Below are positions 19,901 through 27,831 of a stretch of 64,000 bases of DNA, in pieces. The position numbers and the translations under genes are program-made. The stretch comes from Bacteroidales bacterium (lineage in GTDB: Bacteria > Bacteroidota > Bacteroidia > Bacteroidales > UBA3663): contig JAILKE010000063.1 in NCBI GenBank assembly GCA_024694125.1, positions 6,564-70,563 on the forward strand, read 5' to 3'. The notes below the pieces were generated by a model. The model did no database searches and was not told where the DNA came from. It saw nothing but the letters and a program-made list of their open reading frames with translations. Every line of letters starts with the position of its first letter. Positions within the stretch are counted from its first letter, which is position 1.

Positions 19901-20893
19901 GCAGCTCTGGTTGAGTACGACGAGGCTACCTATGCCAACAACGATGTAGTCGTTCTGGCTGGTAAGGCCCTGACCGATGATCAGGTTCTGGCCGAGGCAC
20001 TCAAGATGTACAATACTGCCCGTATCTACCAGCAGATTGCCGATGGTTACAACTTCACCACCTTCGATACATTGACCCAGACCACTCAGCCTGACAGCAT
20101 CGATGTCACTGCATGGATTCAGAACGGAGGCTTCTACTGCGACTTCTTCGCCGGTTCGCAGTTGAGTGAGCGCTTCCCAGGTTGGAACATCGTAACAGAA
20201 CTGTCCGATGGTGGTTACATCAGGGAGGCATACAGTTGGGAGACTACCATCAATGTGACGGCCGAGAATCCTATCCAGGACCGTGGTGTATATGCCGGTG
20301 GTAATGACAAGGATTATATCACTGTTGACGTTTCTCAGCAGCTCACCAATCTCCCTGCAGGTGTCTTCACCTACTACATCGAGACCTGCGACCGTACTGG
20401 CCGTAACTGGAACAACGGTACTCCTACCGTCGATGACCCAGACCCAATGAAGTCGTATGTATATTACGAGGTAAGCGAGGACAACAAGGCTCAGCAGCAG
20501 TTCGCTCACGTTGAGGTTGACAAGAATCAGTGGTACCCATTGGACAAGAACTATATGTATGGTGTCACTGTCCCAACCGCTGACGTCTTCGCTACTGTCA
20601 AGATTGGTGCTAACCTGATGCCGTTCAAGTCTTCTAACCACGGCGAGATCGATAATGCCAAGCTCTATATGACGGGCAAGATCGACGGCTTCGACTACGC
20701 TGCCGCTGCTACCAAGGCTCTCAATGCCGCTGTCAGTGACTTGCGTCAGGTTGAGGTTCGCGACGATGCTCCTGTTCAGGTTACTTACTTCAATATGGCT
20801 GGTCAGCAGTCTGTAGCTCCTCAGGGCGTCAGCCTCAAGGTAGAGCGCTACAGCGATGGCTATGTCGTAGTCAAGAAAGTCCTGGTAAAGTGA
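16934..20893 (+). CDS. Large secreted surface protein: N-terminal CBM4_9/CBM22-like module, duplicated ~170-aa domain, long alpha-helical segment, T9SS-type C-terminal tail
   Basis: ATG at 16934 gives signal MKKVLLSLAAVGMTMSANAQ with no lipobox. LLNYGFE...YYVDDIKIEE is typical of CBM_4_9-type modules. The tail YFNMAGQQSVAPQGVSLKVERYSDGYVVVKKVLVK resembles a T9SS CTD. Confidence 0.7.
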   Translation: MKKVLLSLAAVGMTMSANAQLLNYGFETTDLLPGALVTENWSDIDAETSVNKFENCQFDLKNAGTGIDGSTSLWATTDVTCGTWQRVVAFTNVGLQENKSYRISLWVKGEGDFNLALLKGCFNHDQALVGGNGTTYVDQTKTYTAADASDYVRYSYVVWSPSREVMSAKKEDLAQDEYWNQDFLRLSFNGKGTYYVDDIKIEESSVQALTFNGNAIYVDFGYETNGAALVEAAQAAVLLDKSCVTVKVDGEEAEVASVEIKDGGKFYIFMNNDIAGENVTVSFTNPGDLKYSTNVAPKSFDEPNCAVLDFENEAALYDANLVAVSTEWEEAALVTSVPQDNSFEWGNDINSFSFTFNKPVSTNDPENGAPVALLFGQGLPDEGEALQVVASEELNATLTFQRTGTTALVDGVYTVTVDNVSNSHSVATTTPFSASFEVGKVEVAVTEYTKVAEGHVASEAYPAAGWTIYNEGEVRNAAESYGSGPRQFNFTNSTVEHALYFRTKFADNGDSGVGYVCYGDLEGYGLTLPEGDIEFRPIVAAWKNAGFKLIASVLDASTKEVIASQEITTSANANGATDKIEFQADGIRFTSTGQNVIFKVEIADKENQHEALCGGFEVYTYQEGTNLTNETLLAETFSDVNDSYIPAAGSGWRIHRDGNIRTPGANGGWGGNCATGGGGPRMFQLSYKNLGGKGVYLASTTNVLTYGEFLTYEATEGEGEEAKTVTKDEKTLTLPAGRVEITFYTALWKATGVKYYFEIIPQEEGFSGTPIFSKSEVINTESPNGDKNAEIEAMKTQFFFTAPAEGKYLLRFYTDGEAFVGNISIVTVASVSLQYKLALAEALVPAKEELTTAQANELYAGTTLNKLSSAITAYENPDFHTAVEYKDAIADLEALIKAMATRRTNIDEFAGKVDALKAQVESAAEKYSTLQAYIDATELVNELATVAPEKLEDDVLSNYVARISKCSAELKNQIENVIPLVTKQLTTLAAALVEYDEATYANNDVVVLAGKALTDDQVLAEALKMYNTARIYQQIADGYNFTTFDTLTQTTQPDSIDVTAWIQNGGFYCDFFAGSQLSERFPGWNIVTELSDGGYIREAYSWETTINVTAENPIQDRGVYAGGNDKDYITVDVSQQLTNLPAGVFTYYIETCDRTGRNWNNGTPTVDDPDPMKSYVYYEVSEDNKAQQQFAHVEVDKNQWYPLDKNYMYGVTVPTADVFATVKIGANLMPFKSSNHGEIDNAKLYMTGKIDGFDYAAAATKALNAAVSDLRQVEVRDDAPVQVTYFNMAGQQSVAPQGVSLKVERYSDGYVVVKKVLVK

Positions 20894-20899
20894 TTTTAA

Positions 20900-20985
20900 G
20901 GGACAAAGGGACTAAGTACTAAGTACAAAGGGACTAAGTACCAAGGACCAAGTAACTAAGTACTAAGTACCAAGTACCAAGGACC
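20900..20985. repeat. 12 tandem 7-8-nt units of the G(K)RACNAA family
   Basis: GGGACAAA GGGACTAA GTACTAA GTACAAA GGGACTAA GTACCAA GGACCAA GTAACTAA GTACTAA GTACCAA GTACCAA GGACC. Starts 7 nt after the stop codon. Confidence 0.9.
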
Positions 20986-21001
20986 TTCCCAATTACTACT
21001 C

Positions 21002-21025
21002 CAAGTTAAGCAATTGCTAAACTTG
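21002..21025. promoter_or_regulatory. 24-bp near-perfect palindrome (candidate protein-binding site)
   Basis: CAAGTTAAGCAATTGCTAAACTTG has one central mismatch pair. Lies between the repeat array and the terminator upstream of GH115. Confidence 0.3.
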
Positions 21026-21039
21026 TATCAATATGAAGT

Positions 21040-21069
21040 GACCCGGTCGGCAATAGGACCGGCCGGGTC
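21040..21069 (+). terminator. Intrinsic terminator after the 1319-aa surface protein gene
   Basis: GACCCGGTCGG-caatagga-CCGGCCGGGTC forms an 11-bp stem with one G-T pair. Followed by CTTTCTTTTTC. Confidence 0.7.
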
Positions 21070-21187
21070 CTTTCTTTTTCGTCATCGTATTTTTTCTTTT
21101 TCGATAACGTTCTCGTTAGTTCTTTTCGTTTTCGTTATCGTCTTCGTACGAAGTTTCTTCGTCTTCGTTATCGTTTTCGTTTTTTTG
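21069..21187. repeat. T/C-rich TCGT-word repeat block ending at the GH115 start codon
   Basis: Repeated TTCGTTATCGT (21131, 21164), TTTCGT and CTTCGT words. Contains the palindrome CTTCGTACGAAG (21142-21153). Confidence 0.8.
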
Positions 21188-21189
21188 CA

Positions 21190-23724
21190 ATGAATCGTTT
21201 TCTCACACTACTCGTTCTCTCCGCTACTTGCATCACGGGACTCCGTGCTGCTGACTCGTTTGTATCATTCAGCCGACAGCCAGGTGTGGCTTTGGCCCCA
21301 GTGGGCAGTGTCCACGTCGATGAAGAAGAGTATCCAGGTGTGAAGCGTGCCGTTGCCAATCTCATTTCAGATATGCAGGCGGCCTGTGGCCGTCAGTTGC
21401 AGGTCACGGTCGGATCCATCGACCGCAGTACCACGGTTCAGCGTCTGATGCGAAACAAGGTCATAGACCGCAAGTCGCTCCAGGGCAAGACCGAGAAATA
21501 CATCATCCGCGTAGCCGACGACCAGATCATCATCGCCGGTAGTGACAAGCGCGGTACCATATACGGCATATACGAATTGAGCCGCCAGCTGGGCGTTTCG
21601 CCCTGGGCTTGGTGGGCCGATATGCCTGTTACCAGACATGACTCTGTTTTCCTGACTCCAGGACAATATACAGATGGCGAACCAGTGGTGCGCTATCGTG
21701 GCATCTTCCTCAACGACGAGGCTCCCTGCCTGAGCGGCTGGGTGCGCGAGAAGTTCCCGGACAGTGCCTGCCCATCCGCCGACCCGAAGTTGGCGCGAGG
21801 CTTCAATCACCACTTCTACGAGCGGGTCTTCGAGTTGCTCCAACGTCTGCGCGCCAACTATATGTGGCCTGCCATGTGGAGCAATGCATTCTATGCCGAC
21901 GACCCTGAGAACTCCCGCTTGGCGGACGAGATGGGCATCATCATGGGTACCTCTCACCACGAACCCATGGCACGCAACCACCAGGAGTGGGCGCGTCACC
22001 GTCGTGAGAACGGCGCGTGGGACTATGTGACCAATCAGGAGGTCATCGACCAGTTCTTCCGCGAGGGAGTACGCCGCTCCAAGGATAATGAGGACATCAT
22101 CACCATCGGTATGCGCGGTGACGGTGATACAGCCATGGGCGGCAAGGAGGGTCACGACGAGGACTTCGTGCCCAATGATGAGTTCTACATCAAGTTGTAC
22201 GAGAAGATCTTCCGCAACCAACGCCAGATCATCAAGGAGGAGACTGGCCGTGCTGCCAACAAGCGTGTCCAGCTCTGGGCGCTCTACAAGGAGGTGCAGC
22301 GCTACTATGACCTGGGTCTGACCGTACCCGAGGATGTCATCATCATGCTGTGCGACGACAACTGGGGCAACATACGCCGTGTGCCTGCTGTGCTGGATGC
22401 CAACGGCCAGACGGTCCGCAAACCTCACGCCGGCGGCTACGGTATGTACTATCACGTCGATTATGTGGGTGCACCACGCAATACCAAGTGGGCCAATGTC
22501 ACTCCTGCCACTCACATGTGGGAGCAGATGCAGCTGTGCTGCCAGTATGGCATCGACAAGTTGTGGATACTCAACGTGGGTGACCTCAAACCGATGGAGT
22601 ACCCGATTCAACTCTTCCTCGACATGGCGTGGAATCCAGCAGAGTTCGATGACCCACAGAGCGTACAGGCTCATACTGAGGCATTCTGCAACGGAATCTT
22701 CGGCTACGATGCCGATATGCTCGCCCAGGGATATGGTCGTGAGGCTGCACGGCTGCTGACTGCCTACACTACATACAACGGCCGCGTCACGCCCGAGATG
22801 CTCACCGCCCGCACCTACAACCTCGCTACTGGCGAATGGGCTCAGGTGGTGCGCGACTACCGACTGCTGGAGGCCGATGCGCTGCGTCTGTACCAGTCGC
22901 TGCCGCAGGATGCCCTCACGGCTACGGGCAGTGCTGCCTCGTTCGCCCAACTGCTGCTCTATCCTATACAGTCCATGGCCAATCTGTACGAGATGTACTA
23001 TGCCCAGGCACGTGGTTGCCAGGCGGAGGTGGACCGCTGTTTCGCCCGTGACGCCGAACTGACCCGTTTCTACCACAGCATCAACGGGGGCAAGTGGAAC
23101 CACCTGATGGACCAGATTCACATTGGCTACCACTCGTGGAATGAGCCACGGCAGAACATCCGCCCACAGGCACTGGACCGTCCATCGGCCCCATCTGCTC
23201 CTGCTGTATATGGCGGCGATGCCGGTTACGTGAGCATCGAGGCGGAGCACTATGCCCAGGCTACTGCTACGCAGGGCAAGTGGCTCACCATCCCCAACTA
23301 TGGTCGTACCCTGAGCGGTGTGGCTCACTGGCCCTACACGGCGCAGTTGGATGGCGCTGCCTTGACCTACCGCTTCGACCTGCCTGCCGGCACCGACTCT
23401 GTGCGTGTGCATGTGGTGACCAATTCGACCTTGCCGTTCCTGCGCAAGGAGGGTCACCGTTATGCGGTCTCGATCGATGGCGGTGCCGAGGTGGTGGTCA
23501 ACTACAACGGTGACCTGACCGAGGAGAATCAATGGCACACCTTCGATGTAGTGGCTACCCGCATCATCGAACGTATCGTGCCTATGGCGGTCACAGGTCA
23601 GCAACGTACCCATACGCTCACTGTCCGTCCCATCGACCCCGGTATGGTGCTGGAGAAGTTGGTCATCGACTATGGCGGATACCAGGCGCAGCACTTGTTC
23701 GGAACGGAGCGAAGTATTAAGTGA
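21190..23724 (+). CDS. GH115 xylan alpha-1,2-glucuronidase
   Basis: 844 aa with signal peptide. Motif IIIAGSDKRGTIYGIYELSRQLGVSPWAWWADMPV is recognised as GH115-type. Neighbours are GH10, GH43 and GH67. Confidence 0.8.
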   Translation: MNRFLTLLVLSATCITGLRAADSFVSFSRQPGVALAPVGSVHVDEEEYPGVKRAVANLISDMQAACGRQLQVTVGSIDRSTTVQRLMRNKVIDRKSLQGKTEKYIIRVADDQIIIAGSDKRGTIYGIYELSRQLGVSPWAWWADMPVTRHDSVFLTPGQYTDGEPVVRYRGIFLNDEAPCLSGWVREKFPDSACPSADPKLARGFNHHFYERVFELLQRLRANYMWPAMWSNAFYADDPENSRLADEMGIIMGTSHHEPMARNHQEWARHRRENGAWDYVTNQEVIDQFFREGVRRSKDNEDIITIGMRGDGDTAMGGKEGHDEDFVPNDEFYIKLYEKIFRNQRQIIKEETGRAANKRVQLWALYKEVQRYYDLGLTVPEDVIIMLCDDNWGNIRRVPAVLDANGQTVRKPHAGGYGMYYHVDYVGAPRNTKWANVTPATHMWEQMQLCCQYGIDKLWILNVGDLKPMEYPIQLFLDMAWNPAEFDDPQSVQAHTEAFCNGIFGYDADMLAQGYGREAARLLTAYTTYNGRVTPEMLTARTYNLATGEWAQVVRDYRLLEADALRLYQSLPQDALTATGSAASFAQLLLYPIQSMANLYEMYYAQARGCQAEVDRCFARDAELTRFYHSINGGKWNHLMDQIHIGYHSWNEPRQNIRPQALDRPSAPSAPAVYGGDAGYVSIEAEHYAQATATQGKWLTIPNYGRTLSGVAHWPYTAQLDGAALTYRFDLPAGTDSVRVHVVTNSTLPFLRKEGHRYAVSIDGGAEVVVNYNGDLTEENQWHTFDVVATRIIERIVPMAVTGQQRTHTLTVRPIDPGMVLEKLVIDYGGYQAQHLFGTERSIK

Positions 23725-23817
23725 CAAAGTGACTAAGTACAAAGTTACAAAGTGACAAAGTACAAAGTGACAAAGTACAAAGTGACAAAGTACAAAGTTA
23801 CTAAGTACAAAGTTACA
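23721..23817. repeat. 13 tandem 7-8-nt units (GTGACAAA / GTACAAA / GTTACAAA) starting inside the GH115 stop codon
   Basis: The TGA at 23722-23724 is part of the first GTGACAAA unit. Shares the 13-mer ACTAAGTACAAAG with the 20900-20985 array. Confidence 0.9.
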
Positions 23818-23867
23818 ATGGATACCTATTTTCCCTTATTATAAAACTAAAATCCTTTTAATCTAAA

Positions 23868-25286
23868 ATGTCTTCTACACAAGAATCCAAAGGCTTCTAT
23901 AAGCTCTCTTGGTTACAACGCATCGGTTTCGGTTCGGGCGACCTGGCCCAGAACCTGATTTACCAGACCATCTGCATGTATCTGCTGTTCTTCTATACAG
24001 ATATCTACGGTCTGGATGCAGGAGATGCCGCTGTCATGTTCCTCATTGTTCGTCTGGTCGATGTAGCGTGGGACCCATTGGTGGGCACCTTCGTGGACAA
24101 GCATACACCCAAGTTGGGCAAGTATCGTTCCTACTTGGTACTGGCGGGTATTCCGTTGTCGGGTCTCGCCATCCTCTGTTTCTGGAACGGAATGGCCGAT
24201 CAGGATTATCTGACCAAACTCATTTATGCCTATGTGACCTACGTCGGTCTGTCGATGCTCTATACATTGATCAATGTGCCCTATGGCGCACTCAACAGTT
24301 CATTGACCCGCGACACAGACGAGATCACCATCCTCACTTCGACCCGTATGTTCATGGCCAACTGCGGCGGTCTGGCTGTCGGTTCAGGTCTGCCACTGCT
24401 GGTCAAGGCGCTGTCCCGCAGCGAGTTCGTGAGCGAGAATGTAGCTATGTCCAAGGACCCCGAGGCATGGTTCATGACCATGACGCTCTATGCCCTGATC
24501 GGTCTGTTCCTGCTCTTCTTCTGTTTCTCGCAGTGCAAGGAGCGTGTCGTGATGGATGCCAAGGATACAGAGAATGTCAAGGTAAGTGACCTGTGGATGG
24601 AGTTCACCACCAATAGGCCGCTCCGTGTCATCGCCTATTTCTTCATCACCGCCTTCGCCATGATGAGTGTGGGCAATGCAGCAGGCTCCTACTTCATGCA
24701 GAGCAACCTGCACGGCACGCCCGAGGAGATGTCCATCTTCATGGGCCTGGGCTCCATTCCGTCGTTCATCTTCATGCCATTGGTCCCTGCCATCAAGCGT
24801 GCCATCGGCAAGAAGAACATGTTCTATGCCTTCCTGACCTGTGCCATCGTCGGTATGGCTATCCTCTATTTTGTCGCCAAACTGGATCATCCCAGCATGG
24901 GTCTGGTCTATGTCGCCCAGTTCATCAAGTCCACCGGTGTCATCGTGGCAACGGGTTACATGTGGGCTCTGGTGCCCGAGGTCATCTCCTATGGCGAATA
25001 TACCAGTGGCAAGCGCATAGCCGGTATCGTCAATGCCCTGACTGGAATCTTCTTCAAGGCGGGTATGGCACTGGGCGGCGTCGTGCCTGGTTTCGTTCTC
25101 GCCTATGTGGGCTACAACAGCGAGGTGACAGAACAGACTCCCATGGCGGAGGAGGGTATCCTCTGGCTGGTGTGCGTCATCCCCGCCATGCTCTTGGGCC
25201 TGGCTATGTGGATCATCTCCAAGTATGAGTTGACCGACGAGAAGATAGATGAGATTAACCGTGAAATAGAGAAGAGAAATGCGTAA
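23868..25286 (+). CDS. Glycoside-pentoside-hexuronide (GPH):cation symporter, xylo-oligosaccharide transporter type
   Basis: 472-aa polytopic membrane protein. N-terminus LSWLQRIGFGSGDLAQNLIYQ...LLFFYTDIYGL is typical of MelB/XynP-like GPH transporters. Confidence 0.85.
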   Translation: MSSTQESKGFYKLSWLQRIGFGSGDLAQNLIYQTICMYLLFFYTDIYGLDAGDAAVMFLIVRLVDVAWDPLVGTFVDKHTPKLGKYRSYLVLAGIPLSGLAILCFWNGMADQDYLTKLIYAYVTYVGLSMLYTLINVPYGALNSSLTRDTDEITILTSTRMFMANCGGLAVGSGLPLLVKALSRSEFVSENVAMSKDPEAWFMTMTLYALIGLFLLFFCFSQCKERVVMDAKDTENVKVSDLWMEFTTNRPLRVIAYFFITAFAMMSVGNAAGSYFMQSNLHGTPEEMSIFMGLGSIPSFIFMPLVPAIKRAIGKKNMFYAFLTCAIVGMAILYFVAKLDHPSMGLVYVAQFIKSTGVIVATGYMWALVPEVISYGEYTSGKRIAGIVNALTGIFFKAGMALGGVVPGFVLAYVGYNSEVTEQTPMAEEGILWLVCVIPAMLLGLAMWIISKYELTDEKIDEINREIEKRNA

Positions 25287-26397
25287 TATACTTCCCCTAC
25301 TGGCCTTGGGACTGCTCACAGCCTGTGCAGCACCCGAGCCGCAGACCAAGACGCTGCGCGAGGCGTTCGACGGCCAGTTCCTGATGGGCTGTGCCATCAA
25401 CGTCGATCAGTCGTCCGGCCGCGACGTAGTGGGCGACAGCCTGATCGTACGCCACTTCAACAGCATCGTGGCGGAGAACTGCATGAAGTGTGAACTGATC
25501 CATCCGGAACCGGACCGATACAACTGGGAGGATGCAGACCGCTTCGTCGAGTTCGGCGAGAAACACGGCATGACCATCATCGGCCACTGTCTGATATGGC
25601 ACAGCCAGTGTGCGCCCTGGTTCTTCGTCGATGAAAAGGGTGACACCGTATCGGCCGAAGTGCTCCAGCAGCGCATCAAGGACCATATCCAGACCATCGT
25701 GGGCCGTTACAAGGGCCGTATCCGTGGGTGGGACGTGGTCAATGAGGCCATCCTGGACGATGGCACCTACCGTCAGTCGCCCTTCTATCGGATCATGGGT
25801 GACAGTTTCATCCCCTGGGCACTGGCATGTGCACACGAGGCTGACCCCGATGCCGAACTCTATCTGAATGATTACAGCATGGCCAAGCCAGCCAAGCGTC
25901 AGGCCTATGTCGATCTGGTGGCTACCGTGCAGGCGAGTGGCTTGCGCCTGGACGCCATCGGCATGCAGGCTCACGCCGGAATGGACTACCCCGACATGAC
26001 CGAGATGGAGCGCTCCATGCAGGCCTTCATCGGCCAGGGCGTCGATGTGCAGTTCACCGAGCTGGACGTCAATGCACTGCCCAATGTCTTCGCCGCCGGC
26101 AATGAGAATGCTGCCGTCGAGAACAACTTCGAGTACAACCAGCGCATGAACCCTTACCCCGACGGACTGCCCGACTCGGTGCAGACCGCCTGGAACGGAC
26201 GCGTGCAGGCTCTCTTCGACCTGGCACTCAAGTACAGTGCCCACGTGCGCCGCGTCACCGTGTGGGGTGTATATGACCAACAGTCGTGGCTCAATGACTG
26301 GCCCATGCACGGCAGGACCAACTACCCGCTGCTCTTCGACCGTCAGTACCGCCTCAAACCTGTCATGGACAAGTATCTCACGGCCTCTGCCCAGTGA
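25279..26397 (+). CDS. GH10 endo-1,4-beta-xylanase (lipoprotein)
   Basis: 372 aa. Lipobox LGLLTAC. GH10 catalytic motifs WDVVNEA and FTELDV. The start overlaps the transporter stop by 8 nt (ATGCGTAA). Confidence 0.9.
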   Translation: MRNILPLLALGLLTACAAPEPQTKTLREAFDGQFLMGCAINVDQSSGRDVVGDSLIVRHFNSIVAENCMKCELIHPEPDRYNWEDADRFVEFGEKHGMTIIGHCLIWHSQCAPWFFVDEKGDTVSAEVLQQRIKDHIQTIVGRYKGRIRGWDVVNEAILDDGTYRQSPFYRIMGDSFIPWALACAHEADPDAELYLNDYSMAKPAKRQAYVDLVATVQASGLRLDAIGMQAHAGMDYPDMTEMERSMQAFIGQGVDVQFTELDVNALPNVFAAGNENAAVENNFEYNQRMNPYPDGLPDSVQTAWNGRVQALFDLALKYSAHVRRVTVWGVYDQQSWLNDWPMHGRTNYPLLFDRQYRLKPVMDKYLTASAQ

Positions 26398-26445
26398 TGC
26401 CAGCACGTGGCATGGGCCAATGCGGGTGCCCATCGTGAGCCTGCA

Positions 26446-26568
26446 GTATCGTATCGCTCAGGTATCGCAAGGGTATCGGAGAGCCGAGCGCCAGGACCCC
26501 GTCAGCGTAAGTGCTGCGTAAGTGGAGCGTAAGTGATTTGACTTACTCTGGTCTTACACTGCACCTCC
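26446..26568 (+). repeat. Dispersed GCGTAAGTG element, copy A (between GH10 and GH43)
   Basis: GTATCGTATCG ... AGCGCCAG ... TCAGCGTAAGTGCTGCGTAAGTGGAGCGTAAGTG ... ACTTACTCTGGTCTTACACTGCAC. Co-linear with copy B. Confidence 0.75.
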
Positions 26569-26753
26569 ATTGGACCACCCCTCCATTGACCCTGAACGAT
26601 ACGGTTCCGTACCGAGTAAAGAGCGATTGCAAGGGACGATATATTGGCCCAGATTCAATATCCGACCGTCGATTGCATCGTCCGTTGACTCACCTCAACT
26701 CCATGTAGAAGCAATAATTTCCTTATATATTCCTTTAATTCCTAACAAAAAAT

Positions 26754-27785
26754 ATGAAACGCTATCTATTCCCCGCCGACTATATGGCCGATCCATCGGT
26801 CCATATCTTCAATGGCAAGATCTATATTTATCCCAGCCACGACTGGGAGGCATCGAACGTCGAGAATGACAATGGTGACCAGTACATCATGAAGGACTAC
26901 CACGTCCTCTCCATCGACGGCGACCCCATGAACGGTACCGTCACTGACCATGGTTGCGTGCTCCGCCTGGAGGACATCCCCTGGCACGGCCGCCAGTTGT
27001 GGGACTGCGACGTACAGGAGTACGAGCAGGAGGTGCCCACCAATGCCGAGGAACAGGCAGCCGGTATGGGCTACAGCAAGCGCGTCAAGCGCTACGTGAT
27101 GTACTTCCCGATGAAGGACCGCACCGACGTCTTCCACTGGGGCACGGCTGTCGCTGACCGCCCCGAGGGTCCCTTCATCCCGCAGCCAGCACCTGTGCCG
27201 GGCAGTTACAGCATCGATATGTGTGCCTTCCGCGACGATGCCGACGGCGAGGTGTATGTCTATTTCGGTGGTCTGTGGGGCGGTCAGTTGCAGCGCTACA
27301 AGGACAATATCCACCTGGAGACTCCCTATCTGCCCGAGGGCAAGGAGGATGCTCTGCCCAGCCGTTGCGTGCGCCTGACCAAGGACGGTATGAACTTTGC
27401 CGAGTCGCCACGCCCTATTGTGGTAGTTGATGCTGACGGCAAGCCGCTCAAGGCCGATGACCCGCACCGATTCTTCGAGGCTTCGTGGATGCACAAGTAT
27501 CAGGGACGGTATTACTTCAGTTACTCGACCGGCGACAGTCACCTGCTCTGCTATGCCGTGGGTGACAATCCCTACGGCCCATTCACCTATCAGGGCGTGA
27601 TCCTCACTCCCGTAGTGGGTTGGACCACACACCACGCCATCATCGAGTATCAGGGCAAGTGGTACCTGTTCCATCACGACAGCGTGCCTTCGGGCGGCAA
27701 GTCGTGGTTGCGTAGCCTGAAGGTCTGCGAGATTCAATATGATGCCCAGGGTCGCATCCAGACTATCGAGGGCATTGACCAGTAG
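26754..27785 (+). CDS. GH43 beta-xylosidase/alpha-L-arabinofuranosidase (cytoplasmic)
   Basis: 343 aa with no signal peptide. N-terminus MKRYLFPADYMADPSVHIFNGKIYIYPSHD and FEASWMHKYQGRYYFSYS are typical of GH43. Confidence 0.85.
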   Translation: MKRYLFPADYMADPSVHIFNGKIYIYPSHDWEASNVENDNGDQYIMKDYHVLSIDGDPMNGTVTDHGCVLRLEDIPWHGRQLWDCDVQEYEQEVPTNAEEQAAGMGYSKRVKRYVMYFPMKDRTDVFHWGTAVADRPEGPFIPQPAPVPGSYSIDMCAFRDDADGEVYVYFGGLWGGQLQRYKDNIHLETPYLPEGKEDALPSRCVRLTKDGMNFAESPRPIVVVDADGKPLKADDPHRFFEASWMHKYQGRYYFSYSTGDSHLLCYAVGDNPYGPFTYQGVILTPVVGWTTHHAIIEYQGKWYLFHHDSVPSGGKSWLRSLKVCEIQYDAQGRIQTIEGIDQ

Positions 27786-27831
27786 TCTAATCGTCGCCCT
27801 CGTCGCAAGGAGGGTAAACTATTATAGCCTT

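Noticed and set aside
21095-21153. AACGTTC and CGTACG words resembling the inverted-repeat core of Bacteroides invertible promoters. Similar TCAACGTT words occur at 38825-38937.
   Set aside because: These are only partial matches to the known invertase IR consensus as I recall it. There are no paired inverted repeats flanking a promoter and no invertase gene in the window.
21367-23742. Very long antisense ORFs mirroring real genes: 791 aa opposite GH115, 580 aa opposite GH67 (27847-29589), 378 aa opposite GH10 (25297-26433), 414 aa at 10004-11248 and many others.
   Set aside because: Each lies entirely within a well-supported sense gene. Their translations are low-complexity (rich in V, G, H, L, R, D) with no recognisable motifs, signals or promoter boxes. 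This is typical of shadow frames in codon-biased, GC3-rich genes.
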